A DNA stretch of 64,000 bases from assembly GCA_964035545.1 (NCBI GenBank), contig OZ037765.1:27465504-27529503 (forward strand), given 5' to 3'. The DNA comes from Bugula neritina (Eukaryota; Animalia; Bryozoa). Numbering within the stretch: position 1 is the first letter of the stretch; each line of letters starts with the position of its first letter. Made by a program: the position numbers and the translations under genes. The notes under the pieces were generated by a model. The model was not told the DNA's origin. It saw nothing but the letters and a program-made list of their open reading frames with translations, and searched no databases. Of this stretch, positions 1 to 23,700 are shown piece after piece.

Positions 1-1668
1 CTGCCCCATCCAATGTCTTCAAAATTTATTCTCAATGGTTTTCGACCACACACTTTTTGCTTTTCACTTTCGAAAATATTGGAAACCTGTGATGATTTGG
101 ATGTTGGGAATTTATACTTTTGTTTCTTTTTCTTTGATTCTTCTTTTGGCCAGGGTAAATACTGTACTTTTGGTATTTGGTAAATTCGTTTTTTGCTAGA
201 GAGTCTTGCATTATTCTTTAATGGAAAAGTTCCTGGTTCTAACTTTGTTGTCGTTGGTAAACTTTTAGCTAGGTCTGGTTCTGCTCTGTTTGTGGCTTCA
301 TTGAAATGAGAGCCATTGTCAACAGAAGTTTCGACCGAGTCTGGTAACGAAGTCTCTATCTTGTTATCATGAACACTTCTCCTGAGTCTTCTGGCATGTT
401 TGCTTGCCTTTCCAGTCTCTGGGTTAATCATGGCGCCAAGTTCTGTCATCAACTGCTCTGTGCTGAGTTTTGTCTGATTGGCAATTTGATCCATTTCTAG
501 TGTTCTATTATTTTTAGAGTATAGCAATATAAATGGGAGCCCATGATGTTTTAGAAAGTGGGGCATGCTCACTGGTATAGCTACAGCGTCTTCATTCACT
601 TCACTGAATCCCACCCCCAGCTTGTTGTAGGAGTTGATGGTATTTGTGCACTGCTTAACTGCCTTAGTGATATCTATCTGTTGCCAACCTTTACCACTTG
701 GACTCAATCGGTGTCTTTGTACCAGAGTGATGTAATAAGGCGACACTTCTGATATATCTATTTGCACTGTTTTCATCTCTTCCACAGACCGTCTGTAGAA
801 ATGTAACTCAGCTTTAGCCAGTGTCTCTCCAAGTCTGTCCAATGAATCCAAATTAAACAATATTTTGCTTAGACTTGAGCTGTATCCTGCAACATTTGAA
901 ACATTATCAGTGCTATGCATAAACAGTATCAAAGTATATCAAAGCACAGAGTGGAGTTTAATTTCAACATTGGCTTCAAATACACACCAATTAGTTTTAT
1001 TTTAGTTTCAAGCTTTTTCAAGTAGCTTTTGTATAACATTTTCCTAGAGGAGATGTTGTATTAGAAAACATGCAAAAATTGGAGACAATGTAATATTGTA
1101 ACATTGAAAAATAAAAGCTATTGCTTATTCCCGTATGTTTCAATTTGGAAGTAATTGAAAAACATGTTATTATTTGATCTACCTAATGATAATCTGTAAT
1201 TAGAAATGCTCAGTTTTATGTTATCTGCTCATCTATAATAATTGTAATACCAAGTCTAGAAGGCACCACCTTATTGTGTCTAATATAAACACGGTGCCCA
1301 CGGGTTAGTCAGCTATCTGCTATTGAGTCTAGCTAAGTCTTCTATCCTAACTGTTGATCACAGGGATCTATAGACTTATAGCTGTGTTTGCCCGGCTATC
1401 TTTCATAATAAAAATATAATTTGCTATTCATAAAGTCATGAAATACAGTACTGGGCCACAGATAAAATCTATCAAAGCCATGATAAAGCTGCAACAACTA
1501 ACCTTTCATTGGAGAAATACATTTAATAGTGTTCAAGTCATCTTCCATCAGTCCTCTATGTCGGTATTGCTTGTAGAGCTGCTTCATTTTCCTCGGTATG
1601 GTTTTATCAGCTGAGCATATTGTAATCAATGTGATGAGATATAAAATATTTATCTTCCAATAAGTCAT
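1..1668 (-). CDS. BMP3: TGF-beta superfamily ligand, BMP3/GDF10-like, 3'-truncated by the window edge; exons 1668-1503 and 886-<1
   Basis: Manual translation of the minus strand. Signal peptide MTYWKINILYLITLITICSA|DK from ATG 1668. Prodomain motifs IPRKMKQLYKQY...NTIKCISP, LFNLDSL, ETLAKAELHFY, GWQQIDITKAVK, PFILLYS. Furin site RRLRR (392-378). Start of the cystine knot CGRKPLRINFEDIGW (Cys at 50-48). Phase-1 GT-AG intron 1502-887. TGF-beta family is certain; the BMP3/GDF10 subfamily is inferred from the short prodomain N-terminus and the long post-furin extension. Confidence 0.8.
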
Positions 1669-2770
1669 TTTGGTTTAAATAGTTGAGTAATAATGGTTTG
1701 TGTACAGATTCACTTATATGTCTCCAGGTGTAGAACAAAGACTTCTAAATAACCTAAAATGTCAAACAGATATCTAAATATGGTTTCAGAAAAAATCTAA
1801 AAGGAAAAATGTGCAGAAAATTTTCTTTTCAAATTATCATTTAGGATCCTTCAAGACAAACATTAGGTGCGTGAGCTACTTACTTAGTCTCCCAACCACA
1901 TCAAACAAAGCCTGAGCTTGTAGTGAGTTATTGCTAAGGAGTAACACATGGCCTACTGCTTTCCAAAAAAGAAATCACTGAATTTATAATTTGTAAGACT
2001 TTATTTGCTGATATTATCAGCGAGATTTGCTAATAAAATCAAAACAATGCAGTCTAATAAAAGAGGTTTAATCTGTTTACACGCATACACTGGCTCTTTC
2101 AACACGGATCGGAAAGAAAATAAAAGATTTGTTGTTTTGTTATACTTTATCTAAGTGTTTGATCTGAATCTACGCATTGAATATTATTTTGTTCAGCGCC
2201 ACCAGCAAGATTCTGACTGAACACAGTCAGAGTTTGTGTAATCGTTCAGTCGTATCTTCATCTAGATTAAGTAAATATTGCAGTAGGTTTTGTCTGCATT
2301 TCACAAAAAGTTTAATTTTAAATATTTCATGCTTCTGCAATTTGAAAACACTAAGAAAACATTATATGGTGTTTTAACTTCTTACTAGGAGCAGCAAAAT
2401 ATATTATATGCATAACATACCTGTTGGTGTAGTAATAATTAAAAGTGTTGATACTGTATACTTGGCAGGTTTAAATATATTTAATTAACATATAAAATTC
2501 TACTCCAGGTTGTTGCTACAATATTCCAGCTCATTCTCTCTCCTCATTTTTATCAAATGGGACTTCATATAATTCAAATGCAGTAACATAAGTCCCGCCT
2601 TTTGTAACTTTGATATTGTGGCTTCATCAAATGAACAGAATCTTTGGTAGGTTTGATCCAATCAAAACAGACAACACTCTTATTTGTTTATAGCTTTTAT
2701 ATCAGATCATCATCCACCTTGCCACACTTGGCTAAGCTCAAAACAAAAACAAAAGTAAAGTTGAGGAACT

Positions 2771-2778
2771 CTTTTATA
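2771..2778 (-). promoter_or_regulatory. Candidate TATA box (TATAAAAG) for the BMP3-like gene
   Basis: Consensus TATAAAAG on the minus strand about 1.1 kb upstream of the ATG. Orphan donors lie downstream at 2420 (CAG|GTATGT) and 1883 (A|GTAAGT), compatible with a spliced 5' UTR. The AT-rich background makes a chance match possible. Confidence 0.3.
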
Positions 2779-3664
2779 GTAGGTAAACCTTATTCTTTTT
2801 TGTCCTGCTTATACTATGTGCATAATGAATTGCTTTACCATTTACAAATTATGATACAATATCAAAAGTTGTATTACATTTTATCTTGCAAATAATAGCA
2901 TGAATTGAAAAATTAGCATACGCTGCCAGATGCTAATTTTATACTATGTGCTGCAGCGGCTCCAACATATTAATGTGACATTAGCTAGCCACACAAGCAG
3001 TCGATCTGTATATTACCATATGTGCAAGTATAACCAATCATCTTTCACATTTTTTTTTCAATATCATATTCTACCATTTAATTCCTTCCTGCATGTTCCA
3101 ATTAGTAGTTAGTTGCTACTAGGCCTTTCTGGCCAGCCTTCAGTATGTAATTTTTATAGCTTTTTGACACAGAATGTTTCTTTAGTTTTTAGATGGTCAA
3201 ACCGATTTAATTATAGCCAACCATAAAATATACATCATTGTTACGTGCAGCACTTGTTATTATTAAAAGTTTAAAGCTGCATCAAACATTATAATTTTTA
3301 CAAGTAGACAGAAGAAATTATTAGGGGTATAACATTTTTTCTGTATACTTTAATAAATTCATAATTGTATTCAAAAGAAAATGGAAGATGCATAAAAACA
3401 ACACGTTTCACAAAACAAGCAGGTTGCTAAAAATAGTACTAGAGTAGTAGCTTCCATAGAGCATAAGTTATTATCTATTATAAAAATATAAGAGAAGTTA
3501 CTATGGTTGAAAATACAGTTTGTATTGAGCAATAGTCAGCTAAATCTAATACGAGGGAATATTAAAGCAAAAAATGAGATAAATTAAGATAAATTTTTTC
3601 TTCAGAGAAAAAAATTGAGATGTTGAGTCACTAGTACAACTAAAGCTATTAATGTTTACAGCTT

Positions 3665-14759
<11,095 letters not shown>

Positions 14760-15479
14760 ATTGGAAGTTGTTAAATCTATAAGTTGAAATCAATACAAAG
14801 TAAAAAAATGCAAAAACAACTTCAATATCAATGCATGCTATTTTTTATTTCAAGAGATGCGCAGTGAATTTCTCAAGCTTCAGGCATTAGAATCAATCAC
14901 TGTAACAAATCTATCAGTTTTTCAAATTATTCAACACTTTGCATTATTATATTACTTATTTTTTATTTATCTAGACATTTAAAAAAGCTTGTTCTGCTAT
15001 TTGTGTAGCAATTATACTAATAAACTAAATTAAATTGTACTACTTACTAATAGCAAACAAATTGTCAAAATATAGAGTAAGTAAATAATTTTAAACAAGT
15101 TAAAACTCATTCAAAAACAAACTCAATTCGAAACCTGCCTCAATAAAAATATGACACGAAGCAGCTCTGGGTTAAATCAATTGTTTATTTTAAGCAGATA
15201 AACATACGTGTATTAAAATATTACTGAAATTAATATATTTCATTTTTATGTTATAGCGTGCATTTAAAAGTTGATATTTATGTTTAATATTGCTCACAAA
15301 TACAAAATCAAAATAGTACTAGTAGTACACTTCGTCTAAAACTTAAAAGAACTTACATACGTTTATGTTTGTATTGTGATAGCTAGGCAAAAATTAAAAA
15401 ACACATTATCAATTTACTGTCTAGAATGCAAAATTTTAGTATGGAATTTTGGCTGCTACCAGGTGATAATTTTGAATAA

Positions 15480-15815
15480 AGACGTGTATTTTTAAGATAA
15501 TCATAATTATAATGAACCAACATTTACACATGAGTACCGTTTATTGGTTACCAGGCACTGACCATATCCAAGGAAAGAGAAAACGCGAGAATATTATTAT
15601 TGGTCTACATATAAAAAATAGCGATTACATTTATTGGCAATCTGTGCAGGCAAAGGATTGTGGGGCAGGCGGCGTCAATATTGCCACGTAAAATCGCACT
15701 GTTCTGCAAATTGTGTCATTCATTGAGGGTTTTAATGTTTTTTGGCACGCCGTCATACATCAACTGGTGATGATCAAATGATTATTTAATAACTAATCAA
15801 GGTTTTAGGTGCTAG
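15480..15815. promoter_or_regulatory. Probable bidirectional promoter between the coiled-coil gene (-) and SEC31 (+), including the non-coding first exon of SEC31
   Basis: Local GC/CpG enrichment between divergent genes; ATTGG (reverse CCAAT) boxes; TGCCACGT at 15682-15689. Plus-strand donor TAG|GTATG at 15815/15816 pairs with acceptor TTCAG|C at 17682/17683 just upstream of the SEC31 ATG. Minus-strand donor-like GTATGTAAGT near 15360. Confidence 0.6.
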
Positions 15816-15860
15816 GTATGCTGCTATTTTACATTATATCTATTTTGATTCAATTTTAGC

Positions 15861-16270
15861 TATGTTACTGTTAGTGTAACTCACTAACCAGTGAGTGTAA
15901 CTCAAACTGAGTCAAATAGTAATACTAATAGAGTAATACTAATACTAATAGTAATAGACAATAGTAATACTAATACTAATAGTAATAGTAATACTTGGAC
16001 TAATAGTAAAACTAATAGTAATACTATTACTATCACTATTAGTATTAGTATTCTAATAGTAATAGTTATACTTATAGTAATTATATGAGTTGACCAACTA
16101 ACTAACAGTAACTGCAACATTATTAATATTATAGTAGCTTTAGTAGTAATAGTATGAGTATGAGTATCAGTATGAGTATGAGTATGACTATGAGCGATAG
16201 TATCAGTTTGAGTATGCCGTAAGTGTACGAGTATCTGTTACTAATATTCAGTATAACTATAAGTATTTCT
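15861..16270. repeat. Degenerate hexamer low-complexity repeat (AGTAAT/ACTAAT/AGTATG units)
   Basis: Direct reading, e.g. aatactaatagtaatagtaatact and agtatgagtatgagtatcagtatgag. It produces the spurious ORFs 15891-16088 and 15902-16120. Confidence 0.85.
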
Positions 16271-17707
16271 ATTGATTATCATTATTAATATTATAATGAT
16301 AATCATTAACATCATGATAAGGTGTCACATTGACTGCAACAATTTGAATTACAGTCACTCAGTTTAACTGTAGCACTGAATCTTACTTAGTTGCGCAGAC
16401 CACTTCATAATTCATATACCAGTGAAACAACTAGATGTAATACTTATGACTTGATCAATTAAAATTGAAATGGTTGTTGTAATCAAATTGAAATTCTAAT
16501 AATAAACTGATCATATTTAATTATGTTGTTAATAATATTATATTTATAATAATTTGTCTTACAGCTATACTAGCATTTAATTACAATAATTTGGAGTTTC
16601 TCCTTATCATTTTTCTCTTACAGTTGCTCTTAGTTTCATACTTATAGTAAATATAGTTATCATTATAGTCAATTTTTATTTTATATCAATACTAACAGTA
16701 ATAATAAGATTTTAAAATTTGACTTTAGCTTTAACACTTCTAGAGTGGGTGGTAATTATTTTATTGCCCCCACTGTCATTTTTCTCTATTCAGAAATCGT
16801 ACGGAAGTAGACAGCTTTGTTAGTTACTGTATAAACCAGTGGTTTTTTTGTTCATTTAGTTTTACTTAGTTTTAAATCTCTTCACAGTGTCAATAAACCA
16901 TTCATCATTTTCTTAAAATTGGTTCCAATGTACAGGTATCACTGAGAATACACTTGATATAAAATAGTCTAGCAAGTGCTTATTTAGTATAAGTAATCTT
17001 TCTGTTTGTCTGAGCCACATATGTTGATGTTTATTTATTTATATCAGCCTAAAATTTAAAGGCATAAATGTTAATAGTAGACATAATTTTATTTCTGTCA
17101 GCTAATGCTGGAGGATAAAACAACTGTCTGAGTTAATTTAAGGTTATGCATAATGTGCACAATGTATTTTATTCATGTTGGAAGTAAATAATTTTGAGGT
17201 GTAGGCCAACTGTGGTATGTTAGGAGGTATATCTTGGGATCTCAGTGAATAGGCTATACTGTGAATTGAATGTTGAAGGGTTTTGTTTAGTCTACATTTT
17301 GTTGCTAATTTATAATTAATGCAAACTAGAAACAAGTTGTATGCATATACAAACTTGATAAATTCGCACAGGTGAATTATTCATAACTTTGGGCAATTTT
17401 TTTTATAACAAACTAATGATGTTTTCATTCAGTTAACTTGGATACTTGATGTTATCAGGTTCTAAAGTAGGTTATTTGTACAGACCCCAATACTTCTTTG
17501 TGTGATTTTGTTGATGTTTTTTCCTATGTGTTAAAATAAACTAAATAGACTGATGAGTAGTTGATTACAGCTATGTGGTGAGCAGATTTGGAGGATAAAT
17601 ATCTTTACTCTTATTTTTTATCTTTCAGTCATCAAGTTGAGCTATTAGTGTTAATTCTATACAGGTATATTATATTATTCAGCCTCCGGAATACTTCAGT
17701 CTACACA

Positions 17708-20700
17708 ATGAAGGTGAAGGAAATAGAAAGAACAGCTAATGTAGCCTGGTCACCTAACTCTCAGTATCCAGTATACCTAGCTTGTGGCACTGCTGCCCAA
17801 CAGCTTGATGCCACCTTTAGCACTAAATCTGCTTTAGAGGTGTTTCGGTTCAATCCAGAGAACCCAGGCTTAGCATGTGCACCTGTAGCGTCTGTTGAGA
17901 CTGATCATAGATTTAGCAAGGTTAGTGCGCAAGGGAATCGCATTTTATTCTTTGTTTTATTTTTACCATCAACTAAATTGTGCTGTTTATGAGTTGCAAT
18001 GAAGCCGTTTATTTTATAGGTAGTATGGGGCAGTCTGGGAATGGATGATGGCCATGCATCTGGTGTTATTGCTGGAGGAACTGATAATGGTTTAGTTTGT
18101 GTTTGGGATGCCTCTAAGCTCGTTATGAAAGAATCCGACTCACAGCTGCTGAATTTAAACAAACATGTTGGCAGTGTTGCAGCTCTGGATTTTAACAAGT
18201 TTCAGGTACTATTTCAGTGGTAATACTGCAAATAAAATGTTATTGAAACTACCATGTAAACACTTTTCCCACAACACTGAATCTGAATATTTCTGAACTT
18301 GTCCTGCAGGACAACCTGCTGGCATCTGGCGGTGGAGACTCTGAAATACTCTTATGGGATCTGAACAACCCGACCACTCCTATGACACCCGGCGCTAAGT
18401 CTCAGCCATCAGATGATGTCACCTGTCTGTCATGGAACTGCCAGGTGCAGCACATTCTAGCAAGTGCCCTCAATAGCCGCTGCGTCGTCTGGGACCTCAG
18501 GAAGAATGAGCCAATCATTAAAATCAGTGACAGCATGTCGAGGGTGAGTAGTGATGCCTGTATACATGGTGTGAGTGATTGTAGCAAGTACTGCAGGTGG
18601 TTGCCTTGTAAGCTGCTAGTCATAACTGAAGCTGCTAGTCATAACTGAAGCTGCTCTTGCTATTGTTAGATCAAGTCAAAGCTGGTCACGTGGCACCCTG
18701 AAGTTGCTACTCAACTGTTGCTCTCCTCTGAAGATGATCATTCTCCAGTCATACAGCTCTGGGACCTCAGATTTGCTGCATCTCCTTTGAAAGTAAGTCA
18801 CATCAGCTAAATCTTTAAGTTTACTGAATGGGCGTTTTCTGTTTCTGCACAAATTCAACTTTCTATACTACTCTTAAATCTCTATACTACTCTCTGTTTT
18901 CACTGATCTCTATACTACCATTCTACATATCGTGGGTAACTGTACAGGCAGAGTTTATTGTACTCCTGCAGGTTCTGGAGAGACACACCAGGGGAATCCT
19001 GTCAATGGCGTGGAGTAGGGCTGACCCAGATCTGCTTATTTCCTGTGGTAAAGATAATAAGCTGCTGTGCTGGAACCCAAATGCCGACGTAGTAGGTGGC
19101 CAGGTGAGGTGCTGGACATTAGCTCATCATACAAGTTACTATAATTACTAGAAGAGTTACTATGTTTAATGAGCATTGCTTACAATCTGTATCGTAGTAG
19201 CTGTGGAAAAATTGCAAGTTCTACATCGTTGAGTTTCGTTTCCAACAGATAACTTATGAGCTGCCTGTTGGTAATCAGTGGTGCTTTGATGTGCAATGGT
19301 GTCCGAGAAACCCTCATTGCGTTTCCGCATGTTCATTCGATGGGCGTGTGGCTGTGTACTCTATAATGGGCGGGGAGATGATGACTCAGCCCCTGGATAC
19401 TACTAGCAAGGTATTGCGTTGTACCACTCAGTGTTTACATGTTCCATACTCCAATATATTCACTCAACTGTTGTTGCTGTTACACTATGTATTGAATTAA
19501 TATCTTTTCTGTTCTAGAGATGGGTATGGCAACTGTTTTTGTGGTAATATATATAGCCAGGAGTTTGTTGTGTTCTTATTAACCATCATACTTACTTCTT
19601 GTGTTTCTGTTATACTAAAAGTTACCCTTCTTCTGTCTGTAAACTTTGTGAGGCCCTTTTTAAATATTATCCCATACAGTCTGCTGCACCTCTCTTTCCT
19701 ATTGGCAGATAGCCGATTCGTTTAGTGGGTTTGAAAGTGTTGCACCAACTCACACTGTACCGAAGGTGGAGAAGCACATCGTACCACAGATTAGTAAAGC
19801 ACCAAAGTGGTTGAAACGTCCTTGTGGAGCTTCTTTTGCAGTAAGCAGACATCTATTTTTAAAATATTTATATTTTAATTTCTTCACTTTATTTTTTACC
19901 TGCATGCATGCGTGTGTATGTAATATTAAGTTACAGTGCTCTCCATAATTCACGGTTCCATTTCTTACGAAATTCCATAGGTCTTGTACCCTCAATTTGT
20001 GGTTTATGTATGTGTGTATAGGGACAAAATGGCCGGATTTAACGGATCTGTGAGTTAAATCTGGTATTGCACTATAATACAAATTGAGGTTTCAGGACCT
20101 GCAGCTATAGTGAGAGGGAGGAGAGGAGGAAGCACTTTATTGTATTATATAACATTTTTGTTTTATTCCTTTTTAATCATAGTTTGGAGGGAAGCTGGTG
20201 ACTTTCTCTTACACCAAGTCTGCAACTCCTGGTTCCAATACGCAGAATAAAGTCAACATACATAAAGTAGTAACTGAAGGGGACGTTGTTTCGCATTCGT
20301 CTCAACTTGAACACGCCCTTCAAAACAGACAGTTTGCAGAGTTCTGCTCCCTTAAAATCAGTAACAGTGAGGGGCATCTTGAGGAGACCCTGTGGAAGTT
20401 CCTAAAGGTGAGGAATCAACAGGCTGTAAGGGTGGTAGTCTGCAGTGTAGCATACAGTGCAGTGTAACTTATAGTCTGAGTTGTATGTTTATATTCACAT
20501 TAATACCTGAACTCTGGCAATCTTACAGGTCAACTTTGAGCATGAGCCAAGGACCAAATACCTCAATATTCTTGGATTTGATGCTCAGGAAATATCACAA
20601 AAAGTAAGTTTTGTATTGTTTTACCATGAAAATAATTTTCAAACTATTTAACAATGTGAGATTGTATAATACGTGCTGCTCTGTGTGTAGTTTAGTTTAA

Positions 20701-23700
20701 ATCTTGCTGCTCCAATAGAATTCACGAAGGTTATTGTTGTGATACACAATTCTGTATGCACTAAAATAAAGACAATAAAAGACCCTTCATGTACGAATAG
20801 TTTTGTTAGCATTATTGTATCAGCTGAGAGCCATTTTTGTTCATAGATTGTGTGGTAAACAACATGTGTATGAATTTTAATGCTGGCTACATGAAACTTG
20901 AAGTCTTTGTGATATGAAATGTGCAGGTGGGCTCTACGGCATCGTCTGCCACTAATGTGTCCGACAGCGAACTCACGTCCGACCTCTCGGACATGGCTGT
21001 TGGGGATCAGCAAACTGCGGCTGATGCTTTTGACAAGATTTCCCAGCCTAAGCCTGCAGCTAAAGAACTTCGGTTCAACACGACTGACAATGGTAAATTC
21101 AAATGCAATCAGTTGCTCTTAGGGTATGCGTTGTGTTCTCATCACATAGAAAACATCTGTTGGATATTTATATTAGACTTGAGCTATTAAATGGGAGATG
21201 ATTTGATCAAGTTTTATCCCAAATATCTCTATTAGTTTTCTATATTTAGCCATATTATATAACCAGAGTGTTGTCATGTCAGCGCTGACCTTCTATTGCA
21301 GGACCAGAGAGTCTGCTGACACAGGCTCTGCTCACAGGTCAGCTGGAGGAGGCGGTTGACCTCTGTCTGTGTGAAGGACGTATGGCTGACGCTATCATCC
21401 TGGCCAATGCTGCCGGCCCTGACCTCATGGCAAGGACAGTGAAGCGCTATTTTAAACAGTGCTCCAGTTCAACTGCTAGTGTAAGTTAATACTGATAGTG
21501 TAAGTTAATACTGCTAGTGTAAGTTAATACTGCTAGTGTAAGTTAATACTGCTAGTGTAAGTTAATACTGCTAGTGTAAGTTAATACTGCTAGTGTAAGT
21601 TAATATTACTAGTGTAAGTTAATACTGATAGTGTAAGTTAATACTGATAGTGTAAGTTAATACTGCTAGTGTAAGTTAATACTGCTAGTGTAAGTTAATA
21701 CTGCTAGTGTAAGTTAATACTGCTAGTGTAAGTTAATACTGCTAGTGTAAGTTAATATTACTAGTGTAAGTTAATACTGATAGTGTAAGTTAATACTGAT
21801 AGTGTAAGTTAATACTGCTAGTGTAAGTTAATACTGCTAGTGTAAGTTAATACTGCTAGTGTAAGTTAATACTGCTAGTGTAAGTTAATACTGCTAGTGT
21901 AAGTTAATATTACTAGTGTAAGTTAATACTGATAGTGTAAGTTAATACTGATAGTGTAAGTTAATACTGCTAGTGTAAGTTAATACTGCTAGTGTAGGTT
22001 AATACTGATAGTGTAAGTTAATACTGATAGTGTAAGTTAATACTGCTAGTGTAAGTTAATACTGCTAGTGTAAGTTAATACTGCTAGTGTAAGTTAATAT
22101 TACTAGTGTAAGTTAATACTGATAGTGTAAGTTAATACTGCTAGTGTAAGTTAATACTGCTAGTGTAAGTTAATACTGCTAGTGTAAGTTAATACTGATA
22201 GTGTAAGTTAATACTGATAGTGTAAGTTAATACTGATAGTGTAAGTTAATACTGCTAGTGTAAGTTAATACTGCTAGTGTAAGTTAATATTACTAGTGTA
22301 AGTTAATACTGATAGTGTAAGTTAATACTGCTAGTGTAAGTTAATACTGCTAGTGTAAGTTAATACTGATAGTGTAAGTTAATACTGATAGTGTAAGTTA
22401 ATACTGCTAGTGTAAGTCAATACTGCTAGTGTAAGTTAATACTGATAGTGTAAGTTAATACTGCTAGTGTAAGTTAATACTGCTAGTGTAAGTTAATACT
22501 GATAGTGTAGGTTAATACTGCTAGTGTAAGTTAATACTGCTAGTGTAAGTTAATACTGCTAGTGTAAGTTAATACTGCTAGTGTAAGTTAATACTGCTAG
22601 TGTAAGTTAATACTGCTAGTGTAAGTTAATACTGCTGGTGTAAGTTAATGCTAATAGTGTAAGTTAATACTGATAGTGTAAGTTAATACTACTAGTGTAA
22701 GTTAATACTACTAGTGTAAGTTAATACTACTAGTGTAAGTTACTACTGGTAGTGTAAGTTAATACTGGTAGTGTAAGTTAATACTGATAGTGTAAGTTAA
22801 TACTACTAGTGTAAGTTAATACTAATAGTGTAAGTTAATACTGCTAGTGTAAGTTAATACTGATAGTGTAAGTTAATACTGCTAGTGTAAGTTAATACTG
22901 ATAGTGTAAGTTAATACTGATAGTGTAAGTTAATACTGCTAGTGTAAGTTAATACTGCTAGTGTAAGTTAATACTGCTAGTGTAAGTTAATACTGATAGT
23001 GTAGGTTAATACTGATAGTGTAAGTTAATACTGATAGTGTAAGTTAATACTGCTGGTGTAACAAACTAATTGTCATGTATCACCTAAACTAACTTTTGTA
23101 ATAAAGTATATGCATTGTGTTAATATTGAAGCAGTCATCACAAACTTACACATAATTCATGTTAGAATGAAATAAATTTCAGGTCTGCACCTCCTCTCTA
23201 GAGTGTAAACAGCTTGTCTTTGCAGAATAGGGAGGAAGTCCAATAGTATATACTTGTACAATAAATAATTCATGCACCAAATTTACCAAATAATATTACT
23301 AGAGGACATATGAACTTATTCCTGTGACTCAATATCTAACTTGTAGTTGATATCAGCAGTGGTGCAGAAAGACTACGAATCTGTGGTTGAGAATGCTGCC
23401 CTGGAGAACTGGAAGGAGACTTTAGCTGTAATTCTCACGTATGGAACTGCTACGGAGTTTGTGCAACTTTGTGGTGAGTTGACGTGTTTATTCTACGTTT
23501 GAGCTGAAATGTTTTATTCTACAGTAAGAGAGTAATAACTTTATGATGGTCAGCTGATCATTCTACTCAATATAGAGTTGTTCTACCATGAAATTGGTTA
23601 TAGTTGGAAATATATGTGTAAATAAAGTCAATCTTAAGAAGTTTTATGATTAACGGAGTTGCTAGTTGTCATAAAGTACCACTAAGTTGTTAGTAAGCTT

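Noticed and set aside
1884-1955. Phase-compatible extra coding exon for the BMP3-like gene
   Set aside because: An in-frame ATG with a complete signal peptide exists at 1668, so this segment is at most 5' UTR.
15891-16120. Hydrophobic ORFs resembling membrane peptides (also 63709-63909)
   Set aside because: They are products of low-complexity hexamer repeats and have no splice or homology support.
21472-23061. Tandem array as a CRISPR array or telomeric repeat
   Set aside because: There are no unique spacers and no cas genes, the context is a eukaryotic intron, and the unit derives from the local splice junction.
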